64,000 nt of DNA. It comes from Alphaproteobacteria bacterium. Lineage in GTDB: Bacteria; Pseudomonadota; Alphaproteobacteria; Rs-D84. Each line of letters begins with the position of its first letter. Position 1 is the stretch's first letter. Below are positions 46,933 through 57,039 of the stretch, one piece after another. Where the stretch lies: the NCBI GenBank assembly GCA_017629245.1, contig JAGBXO010000007.1:14100-78099 (forward strand), given 5' to 3'. The position numbers and the translations under genes were made by a program. The notes beneath the pieces were generated by a model. It was given only the letters and a program-made list of their open reading frames with translations, was not told the origin of the DNA and made no database searches.

Positions 46933-47727
46933 CTACATAACTTTACCCTGGGTTGGATAAAAGGTTAGTTGAATTTTTTCCCACTTTGAAAATTCTTTTT
47001 CTGGCAACATACGCAATGGCTGACAGCGATTTATAGCATCCCGAATTGTCCCCAAGACATAAGCAAACGCAGCATCTGTTTCTTCACGTGCCTGGGATTC
47101 AAACCAAACATCACGCACTGTACCGTTCTTTCGCATTGTCAAATGTGCAACAGCACGAATATCGGCTATATCTGGACGCGCTGAATCAATCACCCAACAA
47201 CGCGTCATTGCCACACGCAACGCATCAACAACAGAAACCGTCAACGTTCTGTCCAACGACAAAACCTCGCGATTGACACGAACAACCTTGCGTTTTTTCG
47301 GAACAGGAGCATTTTCAACCGGTTTTGATTCTTGTTTTTTTTCCTGTTCCTTTTTATCTTCTATCTTTTTTTCTTCGGGTGCTTCTTCTTGTTTCTTTTC
47401 AGGTTCTTCAACCAATGTTGGTTGTTTTATCTCTTCTGGCTCAGTCTCCGATATTTCTTCTTTTTTATCAAGTTTGGCATCCGGCACAGGGGTTGGCTCT
47501 CCTGGCTTTGATTCAGCAACATTACCAACATTATACAGTTTTGTTTCATCTCCCGTCACAACAACATCATTTAAATCAATTTCCATAATTTGAATTCTGT
47601 CTGGCGCGACCATTTTTGCACGATTAACCACCACCGCAAAAGAAGTAATTAAAACCGCCACCAAAACCAGGTGCCCCGCGACAGAAATCAAAATATTCTC
47701 TGATGAAAATCGGTTAAATTTCGCCAT
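46933..47727 (-). CDS. tolA: TolA-like protein
   Basis: N-terminal TM anchor, a Glu/Lys/Pro-rich central linker and a TolA/TonB-like C-terminal domain. Its position after tolQ-tolR supports the call. Confidence 0.6.
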   Translation of the reverse strand: MAKFNRFSSENILISVAGHLVLVAVLITSFAVVVNRAKMVAPDRIQIMEIDLNDVVVTGDETKLYNVGNVAESKPGEPTPVPDAKLDKKEEISETEPEEIKQPTLVEEPEKKQEEAPEEKKIEDKKEQEKKQESKPVENAPVPKKRKVVRVNREVLSLDRTLTVSVVDALRVAMTRCWVIDSARPDIADIRAVAHLTMRKNGTVRDVWFESQAREETDAAFAYVLGTIRDAINRCQPLRMLPEKEFSKWEKIQLTFYPTQGKVM

Positions 47728-47732
47728 TTATT

Positions 47733-48131
47733 TTATTCCGGTTGCGTACGCAGTCCAACCTTTTGAAAACCCGAATCTTTCAATTTACCCATCATGCTCA
47801 TTACCGCGCCATAATCCGCATGTGTATCTCCACTTATCATAATGGTTAAGTTTGGATTTTCCCCACGCATTGCAATTGCACGTTTTACAATTTCATCCCT
47901 TGGCAATTCCATCTCTGACAGAAAGTATCGCCCACGCGAATCCACACTGATTTGAATTGCATGATCATTACCTGTCATTGCCGATGCACCTGCGCGCGGC
48001 AATTCCAAATCAATCCCTGTTGTCATCATAGGTGTCGTCACCATAAATACCGCCAACAGCACCGTCATAACGTCAATCATTGGCGTTAATTGAATTGAAC
48101 TGTCAGTATTTCTGCGTCTTAGTCTGGACAT
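47733..48131 (-). CDS. tolR: TolR/ExbD biopolymer transport protein
   Basis: IQLTPMIDVMTVLLAVFMV TM helix and the ExbD fold; 132 aa. Confidence 0.75.
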   Translation of the reverse strand: MSRLRRRNTDSSIQLTPMIDVMTVLLAVFMVTTPMMTTGIDLELPRAGASAMTGNDHAIQISVDSRGRYFLSEMELPRDEIVKRAIAMRGENPNLTIMISGDTHADYGAVMSMMGKLKDSGFQKVGLRTQPE

Positions 48132-48142
48132 CTATCACACCA

Positions 48143-48622
48143 TTATTTTTGATTTTTATGTTCTTTACATGCACATTCCAGTCGTTCATACAAATCATCT
48201 GATTTTCTTGTAAAATACTGGTGAGCAATCGCCGCCGGAATCGCCGCAATCAACCCCAGCGCAGTCGTACCCAATGCAACCGCCAAACCTGGCGCAATCA
48301 CACCAATACTGACCGATTGATTAACACCAATCGCCGCAAAAGAATCCATAACCCCCCAAACAGTTCCAAACAAACCAATAAATGGCGAAATATACGCAAC
48401 CATCGACAAAAACCACAGATTTTTATCAAACGGACGAATAAAGACATCAATATTTTCATCTGGCTTCATTTTCATGGGAGTTCTTTTTTGTGCCCGCCAC
48501 AGGCGAATCTTCTCAACAATTACAGCCCATGAAACGACACTAAAAATTACCAAAACGATTGACACAAACACTGTCAACCAATCACCCGTAAACAAACTTA
48601 ACAAAGAAAAACTTCCTTCCAT
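48143..48622 (-). CDS. tolQ: TolQ/ExbB/MotA-family proton channel (short form, 159 aa)
   Basis: Three TM helices with the conserved C-terminal helices (PFIGLFGTVWGVM…APGLAVALGTTALGLIAAIPA). Confidence 0.7.
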   Translation of the reverse strand: MEGSFSLLSLFTGDWLTVFVSIVLVIFSVVSWAVIVEKIRLWRAQKRTPMKMKPDENIDVFIRPFDKNLWFLSMVAYISPFIGLFGTVWGVMDSFAAIGVNQSVSIGVIAPGLAVALGTTALGLIAAIPAAIAHQYFTRKSDDLYERLECACKEHKNQK

Positions 48623-48646
48623 CTCTCTAACCCTTTTTATCTAAAA

Positions 48647-49024
48647 TTAAACTAAACCCGTTATAAATTCCGCAGGTATCCGCTTTGGGCGCATATCACC
48701 CCCCAAGTACGCAACCTTAAGATTAATTATAGCACAAACGGCACCATCTTTCACGAACTTTTGTTCTATTCTAACAATTGCCGCTCCAACATCAACCATT
48801 TGCGTTTCAACCACAAATTCATCTGCTGCACGCAACGGTTGCAAATATTTGATATTCAACTCGCGAATAACAAACCCAACATCATCGCCAACCACAACAT
48901 GTCCACGCAACCAATTCATACGCGCACGTTCTGCAATTTCTAAGTATCGCGCATGATAAACAATCCCTTCGGCATCAGTATCCGCATACGCAATTGTAAA
49001 TGGGAAAACATGCGTTTTGTTCAC
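48647..49024 (-). CDS. ybgC: YbgC-type acyl-CoA thioesterase (4HBT family)
   Basis: FTIAYADTDAEGIVYHARYLEIAERARMNWL hot-dog-fold motif, located upstream of tolQ. Confidence 0.75.
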   Translation of the reverse strand: MNKTHVFPFTIAYADTDAEGIVYHARYLEIAERARMNWLRGHVVVGDDVGFVIRELNIKYLQPLRAADEFVVETQMVDVGAAIVRIEQKFVKDGAVCAIINLKVAYLGGDMRPKRIPAEFITGLV

Positions 49025-49026
49025 CT

Positions 49027-49452
49027 CTAATCCTCCACACTAATTTGTACACGCGCAGTACCAGAATTAATCATGTCTAATTTTTTCGCCGCCGCACGGG
49101 ACACATCAATAATGCGCCCCTTGGAAAACGGGCCACGGTCATTAATCACAACACTTACTCTTTTTCCATTTTCCAAATTTTTTACCAACAGCCGTGTCCC
49201 AAACGGTAATGTTTTATGCGCTGCAGTCATCTTGTTCTGATTGTATCGTTCACCACTGGCAGTTTTGCGACCATGAAACTTCTTCCCATACCAAGAAGCA
49301 ATACCTGTTTCATAATACCCATCTGCACTCTTCAACGGCTGATATGTTTTACCAGCAACTGTATATGAACGCGTATTATTCTTATAAACAACATCTGACG
49401 CACAACCAGCAACAATCAGCATAACAGCAAAGACAACGACAAACCTAAACAT
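49027..49452 (-). CDS. RlpA-like double-psi beta-barrel (DPBB) lipoprotein
   Basis: Signal peptide with lipobox (IVAGC), then GIASWYG…GRKTASGERY…MTAAHKTLPFGTRLLV…NDRGP. Confidence 0.7.
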   Translation of the reverse strand: MFRFVVVFAVMLIVAGCASDVVYKNNTRSYTVAGKTYQPLKSADGYYETGIASWYGKKFHGRKTASGERYNQNKMTAAHKTLPFGTRLLVKNLENGKRVSVVINDRGPFSKGRIIDVSRAAAKKLDMINSGTARVQISVED

Positions 49453-50442
49453 TTATTTTTCCAATCCCAAATGCCGATAGCCCGCATCCGTAATAACGCG
49501 CCCACGGGGTGTACGCTGAACAAAGCCTAATTGCATCAGATACGGCTCAATAACATCCTCTATCGTATCAGCGGGTTCCGATAACGCTGCTGCCAAATTC
49601 TCAATTCCAACTGGGCCACCGGCATAGAACTTGATAATCATATTCATGTATTCACGATCTATCTCATCCAAACCACATTCATCAATATGCAATTGAAACA
49701 AGGTGGTCTTAATCGTATCTGCAGTTATTTGATTTTTACCCAACGCCGTTGCAAAGTCACGTGCGCGTTTCAACAAGCGATTTGCAATACGGGGTGTACC
49801 ACGGGACGAACGCGCCAACATCAGTGCACCATCTGCATCAATCGGTGTTCCCAAAATATTTGCACTGCGCATAATAATCCGCGCCAAATCTTCTGGGGAA
49901 TAGAACGTCAGCCTTAAATCAATTCCAAATCGGTCACGCAACGGATTCGACAGCAAGCCCGTACGCGTTGTCGCCCCAACCAACGTAAACGGGGGCAGGT
50001 CAATACGCACACTTTTTGCGCTGGGACCTTCACCCAGCATAATATCCAACTTGAAATCTTCCATTGCAGAATACAAAACTTCTTCAATCGCCGTCGGCAA
50101 ACGATGAATTTCATCAATAAAAAGCACATCCATCGGTTCCAACGCTGTCAAAATAGCCGCCAAATCCCCTTGCTTGGTCAACATAGGTGCCGCTGTCGCC
50201 CGAAAGTTTGTTCCCAATTCATTTGCAACAATATGCGCCAGTGTTGTCTTACCCAACCCCGGGGGGCCATACAACAACACATGATCCATTGCCTCACCAC
50301 GCGAACGCGCACCAGAAACAAACACCGACAAATTTTGTTTTAAACTTTCATGCCCAATAAAGTCAGTCAATGACCGCGGACGAATTGTCGCTGCCATTTC
50401 ATCCGGGATATTCGCATCTAAAAAACGTTCTTTACTCTGCAT
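49453..50442 (-). CDS. ruvB: Holliday junction branch-migration ATPase RuvB
   Basis: Walker A ([22 protein letters not shown]) and sensor motifs; 329 aa. Confidence 0.9.
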   Translation of the reverse strand: MQSKERFLDANIPDEMAATIRPRSLTDFIGHESLKQNLSVFVSGARSRGEAMDHVLLYGPPGLGKTTLAHIVANELGTNFRATAAPMLTKQGDLAAILTALEPMDVLFIDEIHRLPTAIEEVLYSAMEDFKLDIMLGEGPSAKSVRIDLPPFTLVGATTRTGLLSNPLRDRFGIDLRLTFYSPEDLARIIMRSANILGTPIDADGALMLARSSRGTPRIANRLLKRARDFATALGKNQITADTIKTTLFQLHIDECGLDEIDREYMNMIIKFYAGGPVGIENLAAALSEPADTIEDVIEPYLMQLGFVQRTPRGRVITDAGYRHLGLEK

Positions 50443-50444
50443 TA

Positions 50445-51104
50445 TTACAACAACTTATCTTCTTCGTTTTCACGTCCCACATAGGCCTTTAAATCATTGT
50501 ACATTTGGCGCAGGTCTGCTGGCTGGCTGTACATTGAATCTGCACCACGCACACGAATTGTTTCCAAATCAATTTGTGCTTGTTTTTTCAAAACCTGGGT
50601 CAGGTGCGTTGCAAATGCACGCGCTTCATCCGATTCTGCTGCCCCTTGCAACAACAAGCCACGATTTGGTCGAGGCGACAAAAACGCAAAATCAGACACA
50701 GATACATCAGGCGACACTAACGCAAAACCAGAAATTTCTGGTCTGCGCATCATAGCCTGCAAAACATACCAGGCACCCAATTGATGTCCTGCCAACCAAA
50801 TCTTATCGCTGTCTTCGTTATGATTTTGAATCCAGTCAATCACCGTGGCAATATCCAACATATTTTCAGTTGTTGTTCCAATTACCCCTTCGGAATCGCC
50901 AACACCACGATAGTTAAACCGCACCACCGAGAAACCAATATCCATAAACGCACGAAACATTGCATACGAAACCCGATCGTTCATATGATATTTCTGACGC
51001 GGATTACCCGACAACACCACCGCCAACGGCGCCGATGGCTGGGCAGACTTATGATACACAGCATGCAACTTACCAGACTCACCAGAAATAATTAAATCAA
51101 CCAT
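50445..51104 (-). CDS. Alpha/beta-hydrolase fold protein
   Basis: [11 protein letters not shown] and a HQLGAW nucleophile-elbow-like motif. The ORF extends to 51161 but the start is probably MVDLI at 51104. A 2-nt gap separates it from ruvB. Confidence 0.5.
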   Translation of the reverse strand: MVDLIISGESGKLHAVYHKSAQPSAPLAVVLSGNPRQKYHMNDRVSYAMFRAFMDIGFSVVRFNYRGVGDSEGVIGTTTENMLDIATVIDWIQNHNEDSDKIWLAGHQLGAWYVLQAMMRRPEISGFALVSPDVSVSDFAFLSPRPNRGLLLQGAAESDEARAFATHLTQVLKKQAQIDLETIRVRGADSMYSQPADLRQMYNDLKAYVGRENEEDKLL

Positions 51105-51240
51105 TACTTTTCCACCTTTCTTATTTAATTCTGTACCAACAGTAGAACAAACCCATATCAAATTTCAATAAAAAATTTTCACTTTACACAAATATCTAAA
51201 ATGTTCTAAGATTCAACACGAGAGAACAAAAGGCCATATC

Positions 51241-52164
51241 ATGCTAAGACTATTATCTATTGCGTTTTTGACTGTTTTTTGCGGTTTTTCCGCATTTTCT
51301 GCGACCGAAGAAGTTATAAATCAGGATTTTCAAACAATATACACCCAAACGCCTGTACAATCATACTACGCATACCCAGACGATCCAAACTTTATCCCAG
51401 AATCTGAATTTATGGTTCGCGCTGACAGTTTGGATTACGACCAAAACATAGATGATGCACGCGCCGCGGAAGAGGCCGCACACCCCGGCGTAATGTTTGC
51501 AGATCGCCCAATGGTCATATGCCGTAATTTTGGGTGCACCAGATTAAACGAACGCATTACCCGTTCGTTCTTATTCAACAGCCTGACAAACATGTTCTTA
51601 ATGAATGCACACTCTCGCGTATATATATGTGAAGCCGATCCTTTCTCGCGCGATTGTTTACAATCTGGCATATCTTTTCCCGTACGCAGCGGCATTGCAA
51701 ATGCGATGGTCAAAATCCCCAAGGCCACCATTTCCCAGGTCAGCACATCAACCGGCCTGTCCAAGGCAACTGTTGGTATGACCTATGAATTTCTGGTAAA
51801 TGGCATTGACCGTGTATGCGAACCAACCGTAATGGACATTGTTGTTCCTGTAAACTCAGAAGCATTACTGTCCAATCGTGAATTCGCCTGCAACATGACC
51901 AGCGATGGTATCAGCAGCGTATCCTTGATATTAAGCATCGATTACATCGACCTTGATTATGGCATAATCGGTGGCTATTATTCACTGGGAATGCAGGGTC
52001 CAACAACAGGTGGCGGCACAGGATACGCCTTGTTCAAGACGGAATTTACAACCGGTGGCATGCAGTTCCGCGCCGCGGTCTACGAAGAAGACACGATGGG
52101 CGCAAATAACGCCATGCGCACAATACAACCTGGCGAATACGCCGTTGAACCATTAAAGAAGTAA
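51241..52164 (+). CDS. Secreted hypothetical protein (307 aa), first gene of a three-gene unit with a two-component system
   Basis: Signal peptide MLRLLSIAFLTVFCGFSAFSA. Its stop abuts the response-regulator ATG. No known domain. Confidence 0.45.
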   Translation: MLRLLSIAFLTVFCGFSAFSATEEVINQDFQTIYTQTPVQSYYAYPDDPNFIPESEFMVRADSLDYDQNIDDARAAEEAAHPGVMFADRPMVICRNFGCTRLNERITRSFLFNSLTNMFLMNAHSRVYICEADPFSRDCLQSGISFPVRSGIANAMVKIPKATISQVSTSTGLSKATVGMTYEFLVNGIDRVCEPTVMDIVVPVNSEALLSNREFACNMTSDGISSVSLILSIDYIDLDYGIIGGYYSLGMQGPTTGGGTGYALFKTEFTTGGMQFRAAVYEEDTMGANNAMRTIQPGEYAVEPLKK

Positions 52165-52806
52165 ATGACCAAAACCGTTTTAATTGTTGATGACGATGAT
52201 ATATTGCGCAATACACTGGCACGTGGATTGCGCAATGATGGTTTTTATATACTAACCGCCAATTCTGCTGAAAACGCAACAGATGTATTAAATCGCATAT
52301 CAGTTGATGCGATTGTATTGGACAGAATGATGACTGGCATGGACGGATTAAGTTTTTTAAAACAACTGCGTGCATCTGGCAATCAAACCCCAACAATTAT
52401 GCTAACAGCAATGACGGGGCCTGAAAACGCCATTGATGGATTATCTGGTGGCGCAAACGACTATCTGGCAAAACCCTTTCAAATTCGCGAATTAATTTTG
52501 CGTCTGAACAATATTATAAAACCTACAAATATCACAATGCCAACAGGCCTGGCCCTTATCAACAATGATTTTTTTGCAACCGCACCCGATACTGGGGAAC
52601 AAAAATTACTTGCTCTGTCTGGCGAAGAAAAGAAACTGTTGCACAGTTTAACCCATCCAATTGGTAATATCGTATCTGCATCACCAATGGTTGCAAAACG
52701 CTTGCGCAACAAATTAAATGTTGTATTATCTACACTGGACATAATAACAATTCGGGGCCAAGGCTATAAATTAATAGACCTGTCTGCCGACAAACAAAAA
52801 CGGTAA
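52165..52806 (+). CDS. OmpR-family response regulator (short)
   Basis: Receiver domain (VLIVDDDDILRN…DAIVLDRMMTGMDG…MLTA…K) plus a short winged-helix C-terminus (…ITIRGQGYKLI). Confidence 0.7.
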   Translation: MTKTVLIVDDDDILRNTLARGLRNDGFYILTANSAENATDVLNRISVDAIVLDRMMTGMDGLSFLKQLRASGNQTPTIMLTAMTGPENAIDGLSGGANDYLAKPFQIRELILRLNNIIKPTNITMPTGLALINNDFFATAPDTGEQKLLALSGEEKKLLHSLTHPIGNIVSASPMVAKRLRNKLNVVLSTLDIITIRGQGYKLIDLSADKQKR

Positions 52807-52810
52807 AAGA

Positions 52811-54091
52811 ATGAGATTAACACCACGAACTTTTTTATGGCGCACAATATTGATGATTTTAATTCCACTGATTGTGGCATTAGCAATTATTGCAAACGCC
52901 TTTTTTGGCAATCACTGGTCACGTGTACACGACACGCTGGCGCGCACATTGGCCGGCGAAATTACAACAATGACCAAATTTATTGACGAAGGCAACACAG
53001 ACGCTGTTGAAAAAATGGCAAGCGACATTGGTATAAATGTCACATTCCATGACAAACTGAACCGCCCAAAGCATAACGACAATCACGCCCGTGAAACAGG
53101 TAAACTGGCATCAGAATTATCAAAACGTCTGCAACGTCGCACACAAATCTACACCGACCGTGGCAAGCGTTTGGTTTACATTGATGTTCCAACACGCGAC
53201 AATCGCATTGCGACATTTGGCACATCACTGTACAGAATATATTCAACCAGTACAGAAGTCTTTTTAATCTGGTTATTGGGTTCAATATTAATCGTATCAA
53301 TACTGATTACACCATTTATCATCATGCACACACGCAGCATTCGTCGCATCGCACACGCCGCCAGCCGCTTTGGCCGTGGCCTGGACGCACCCGGGTTTAT
53401 TCCAACCGGTTCCAAAGAAATCCGCGAAGCCGCAAAATCTATGATAACAATGAAAGAACGTCTGGATCGATACAATCGCACACGTACAGACATGCTGAAC
53501 GCGGTCAGCCATGACCTAAAGGCACCACTGACGCGTATGCGCCTGGCCATTGAAACTAACAGCGCAACAGACACAGACCTGATACGCGACATAGACCGCA
53601 TGACAGAAATGGTAAACGGATACCTGGCGTTCGCACGTGGCGAAGCCCCCGAAATAGAACAGGCAACAGAATTACCACCAATGTTGACACGCATTGCGCG
53701 CGACGCGGCACCTGACAAACGCATAATCACTGATTTCCCTGATGCGCCGGTTCAATTTTATGCACGCCCAATGGCATTGGCACGCGCGTTCAGCAACATT
53801 ATTGAAAATGCAGCCAAGTATTCGCATAAAATCATAAAAATAACCGAACGCGACACAGACGAAACCGCCGAAATTATTATTGAAGATGACGGTCCCGGAA
53901 TCCCAGACGAACGCAAGAAAGATGCACTGCGCCCATTTGTGCGCCTAGACGATGCACGACGCAGCGACACCGGCGGAACCGGATTGGGGCTATCCATTGC
54001 CCAGACCGCAATTGAAAATCACGGCGGCCAATTATTCCTGGAAGACAGCGAATTCGGTGGTCTACGGGTCAGGGTTGTTTTACCAATATAA
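52811..54091 (+). CDS. Sensor histidine kinase (EnvZ-like)
   Basis: Two TM helices, a HAMP-like region, the HisKA H-box (AVSHDLKAPLTRMRL) and HATPase_c (DDGPGIP…GGTGLGLSIAQ). Confidence 0.75.
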   Translation: MRLTPRTFLWRTILMILIPLIVALAIIANAFFGNHWSRVHDTLARTLAGEITTMTKFIDEGNTDAVEKMASDIGINVTFHDKLNRPKHNDNHARETGKLASELSKRLQRRTQIYTDRGKRLVYIDVPTRDNRIATFGTSLYRIYSTSTEVFLIWLLGSILIVSILITPFIIMHTRSIRRIAHAASRFGRGLDAPGFIPTGSKEIREAAKSMITMKERLDRYNRTRTDMLNAVSHDLKAPLTRMRLAIETNSATDTDLIRDIDRMTEMVNGYLAFARGEAPEIEQATELPPMLTRIARDAAPDKRIITDFPDAPVQFYARPMALARAFSNIIENAAKYSHKIIKITERDTDETAEIIIEDDGPGIPDERKKDALRPFVRLDDARRSDTGGTGLGLSIAQTAIENHGGQLFLEDSEFGGLRVRVVLPI

Positions 54092-54121
54092 TACAAACAT
54101 CACAGAATCAGGGTTTTAGAA

Positions 54122-55828
54122 ATGAATTTATATAAACATGTATCAAATGCAATAAATGAAAAATTGGGCACATCTGTAAATCTGGAAGTACCCCGTAATC
54201 GTGACTTTGGCGATTTTTCAACAAATGCAGCCATGGTAATGGCAAAATCCGCCGGGAAAAACCCACGCGAATTGGCGGCCGAAATTCTGCCAAAAATAAC
54301 CGAACTGGATTTTGTTGCAGACGCATCAATTGCAGGCCCTGGTTTTATCAACATTAAATTAAAAGACGAATTTATTTGGGAATCCGCCTGCGCCCCACAG
54401 TCACCTAAATCTGACACCCCCATGACTATCGACTTGGACTATGGTGCATACAATGTTGCAAAGTCCTTGCATATTGGCCACCTGCGCACATCTATTGTTG
54501 GCGACACATTTAATCGCATTGCAAAATTATTGGGACATAAAACATATTCTTGGAATCATATTGGCGACTGGGGCAAACCAATGGCATTAATTATTGCATG
54601 GATTGAACGGTTGCACCCGGAACTGCCGTATTTCAGCGATAATTTCGACCCAGCTACACCGGTTGATTTTGAAATTAACCCAACAGAATTGAACGCATAC
54701 TATCCTGCAGCCAGCACTTTCGCCAAAGAAAATCCTGATTTTCAGGCCCACGCCCAAGACATCAAGGCAAAATTCCAAAATGGACACCCTGGTTATTTTG
54801 CCCTATATGAAAAATTCCTGAAAATATCCATGAAAATGATGCAGGAAACTGTCAGCCGTCTGAACATTCTACCATTTGATTATGACTTGGGCGAACGCAA
54901 CGCCGCAAAATATCTAGATAAAGTCGAAAAAATCCTGCGCGCCAAAGATTTAATTTCTGAAAGTGACGGCGCCCAGGTTATCGTTGTTAAGCGTGAAGAC
55001 GACAATAAACCAATGCCACCGTATATGTGGACGGACTCACGTGGGGCAGATACATACGACTCAACTGACCTGGCAGCAGTATATTGCCGTAAAATGACAG
55101 ACAATCCAGATAAAATCATTTATTTCACAGACCTGCGCCAAAGTTTGCACTTTGAACAGTTATTCCGCGCTTCCCAAATTTCTGAAATATTTGATTACAA
55201 CAACCTGGAACATATAGGATACGGTACAATCAACGGTCGCGACGGCAAGCCATTCAAAACCCGCGATGGCAATGCCGCCGGCCTGGATGACATTATTGAC
55301 GCAGTTAATATTGCCGTTCGTGAACGCGTATCAGAATCTGGCAAAACACTGGACGAAGGCACAATCCGTGCAATCGCATTGGCCGCGGTAAAGTTCAACG
55401 ATTTAATGCACGATGTACGTTCTGACTATATCTTTGACCCTGCATCCGTCACCAGTTTCGAAGGTCGCACAGGGCCATACATCCTGTATACTGCCGTCCG
55501 CCTGAACAGCGTATTAAAGCGCGCCACAATGACTGCAAGCCCCACATATATGCCAATGAATGCAGACGAACGCAATCTGTTAATCAGCGTATTGGATTTT
55601 GAACGCACAGTTATCAACGCATTTGAAAACCGCGCCACAGACATGATTGCGAACTATGCGTATGATTTGTGCCAATTAATTAACACATTTTATCACAATT
55701 GCCCAATCCTACGTGAAGATACGCCGTCAGATATACGGGCAGGGCGCCTGCATATTGTAAACGTGGCACATGATACATTATTGAAAACGATTGATTTAAT
55801 GGGACTAATTGTTCCTAGCGAAATGTAA
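54122..55828 (+). CDS. argS: Arginine--tRNA ligase
   Basis: Arg-tRNA synthetase N-domain and HIGH motif (SLHIGHLRTSIVGD); 568 aa. Confidence 0.9.
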   Translation: MNLYKHVSNAINEKLGTSVNLEVPRNRDFGDFSTNAAMVMAKSAGKNPRELAAEILPKITELDFVADASIAGPGFINIKLKDEFIWESACAPQSPKSDTPMTIDLDYGAYNVAKSLHIGHLRTSIVGDTFNRIAKLLGHKTYSWNHIGDWGKPMALIIAWIERLHPELPYFSDNFDPATPVDFEINPTELNAYYPAASTFAKENPDFQAHAQDIKAKFQNGHPGYFALYEKFLKISMKMMQETVSRLNILPFDYDLGERNAAKYLDKVEKILRAKDLISESDGAQVIVVKREDDNKPMPPYMWTDSRGADTYDSTDLAAVYCRKMTDNPDKIIYFTDLRQSLHFEQLFRASQISEIFDYNNLEHIGYGTINGRDGKPFKTRDGNAAGLDDIIDAVNIAVRERVSESGKTLDEGTIRAIALAAVKFNDLMHDVRSDYIFDPASVTSFEGRTGPYILYTAVRLNSVLKRATMTASPTYMPMNADERNLLISVLDFERTVINAFENRATDMIANYAYDLCQLINTFYHNCPILREDTPSDIRAGRLHIVNVAHDTLLKTIDLMGLIVPSEM

Positions 55829-55837
55829 TCAAAATAA

Positions 55838-55864
55838 AAACGCCCACCTGGGCGTTTTTATTTC
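55838..55864. terminator. Terminator after argS
   Basis: ACGCCCA-cc-TGGGCGT hairpin plus T5 with an A-run upstream. Confidence 0.5.
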
Positions 55865-55904
55865 AAAACACTTACACGGTACAATAATACCGCAATGTTT
55901 TTTC

Positions 55905-55933
55905 TTGACTTTTCTGGGGCTTTGCGTCATAAT
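55905..55933 (+). promoter_or_regulatory. Sigma70-like promoter of rplM-rpsI (TTGACT-N17-CATAAT)
   Basis: -35 at 55905-55910, -10 at 55928-55933. An AAGGAAAA RBS precedes the rplM ATG. Confidence 0.45.
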
Positions 55934-55972
55934 ACGCACCGCTATAACAATAAATAAACAAGGAAAACAAAA

Positions 55973-56446
55973 ATGGCAGCGACAAAATCGTTAAAAAAGT
56001 GCGAATTAGAAGCCAAATGGTATCTGATTGACGCAACTGATTGCACATTGGGTCGTTTGGCGGCATATACCGCAAACATCCTGCGTGGCAAGCATAAGCC
56101 AACATGGACACCAAACATGGATTGTGGTGACCACGTTATCATCATCAACGCAGATAAGGTTGCATTATCTGGACACAAGGCTGACAAAGACCGTTTCTTC
56201 TGGCATTCATTGTGGACTGGTTCTTTGAAATCACGCACATTGGGTCAGATGCGCAGTGAAAAACCAGAAAAATTGGTTTTCAACGCCGTAAAACGCATGA
56301 TGGGCCGCCGCACAGCAGTTGCTTTGGCAAACCAGCGTTTAACAAAACTGCATGTTTATGCAGGGTCTGAACATAAACACGAAGCCCAGAAACCAGAAGT
56401 TATTGATTTCGCAGGCTTGAACCGCAAGAACAAAAGGGGCGAATAA
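55973..56446 (+). CDS. rplM: 50S ribosomal protein L13
   Basis: [32 protein letters not shown]…. Confidence 0.9.
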   Translation: MAATKSLKKCELEAKWYLIDATDCTLGRLAAYTANILRGKHKPTWTPNMDCGDHVIIINADKVALSGHKADKDRFFWHSLWTGSLKSRTLGQMRSEKPEKLVFNAVKRMMGRRTAVALANQRLTKLHVYAGSEHKHEAQKPEVIDFAGLNRKNKRGE

Positions 56447-56928
56447 TGGCAGAAGCAAAAAAAACAGCAGCAAAAACAACAGCAAAGAAAGCTGCCCCTG
56501 CAAAGAAAGCAACCGCTAAGAAGGTTGTTGCACCAAAATTGACAGATGCAACATACGCAACAGGCAAACGTAAAGATTCAGTTGCACGCGTATACTTGAT
56601 GCCAGGCAAGGGCAACATCACAGTTAACGGTAAACCATCCAGCGAATACTTCCGTCGTGCAGTATTACAGATGATTATCGCACAGCCATTTGGCATCACA
56701 AAACGCGAAACATCTTATGACATCGTTGCAATGGTCGAAGGTGGCGGTTTGTCTGGCCAAGCAGGCGCAGTAAAACACGGTATTTCCAAGGCATTGGAAA
56801 AAATTGAACCAGAATTACGCGCAGCGTTAAAGTCCGCAGGCTTCTTGACACGCGACAGCCGTGTTGTTGAACGTAAACACTACGGTTTCCGCAAGGCACG
56901 TCGTTCTACACAGTTCAGCAAACGTTAA
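56446..56928 (+). CDS. rpsI: 30S ribosomal protein S9
   Basis: C-terminus …[16 protein letters not shown]. Its start overlaps the rplM stop. Confidence 0.9.
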   Translation: MAEAKKTAAKTTAKKAAPAKKATAKKVVAPKLTDATYATGKRKDSVARVYLMPGKGNITVNGKPSSEYFRRAVLQMIIAQPFGITKRETSYDIVAMVEGGGLSGQAGAVKHGISKALEKIEPELRAALKSAGFLTRDSRVVERKHYGFRKARRSTQFSKR

Positions 56929-56950
56929 TTCGTTTCTGTACAGAAAAAAA

Positions 56951-56975
56951 ATCCCACTCTGGTGGGATTTTTTAT
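56951..56975 (+). terminator. Terminator after rpsI
   Basis: ATCCCAC-tct-GGTGGGAT hairpin plus T6. Confidence 0.5.
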
Positions 56976-56977
56976 TA

Positions 56978-57005
56978 TTGCTTTCATATAAAAACATTGT
57001 ATAAT
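56978..57005 (+). promoter_or_regulatory. Sigma70-like promoter of tig (TTGCTT-N16-TATAAT)
   Basis: -35 at 56978-56983 and -10 at 57000-57005. Confidence 0.45.
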
Positions 57006-57039
57006 CACGGGGCAATTCTACTATTAACAGGGGAAACAA

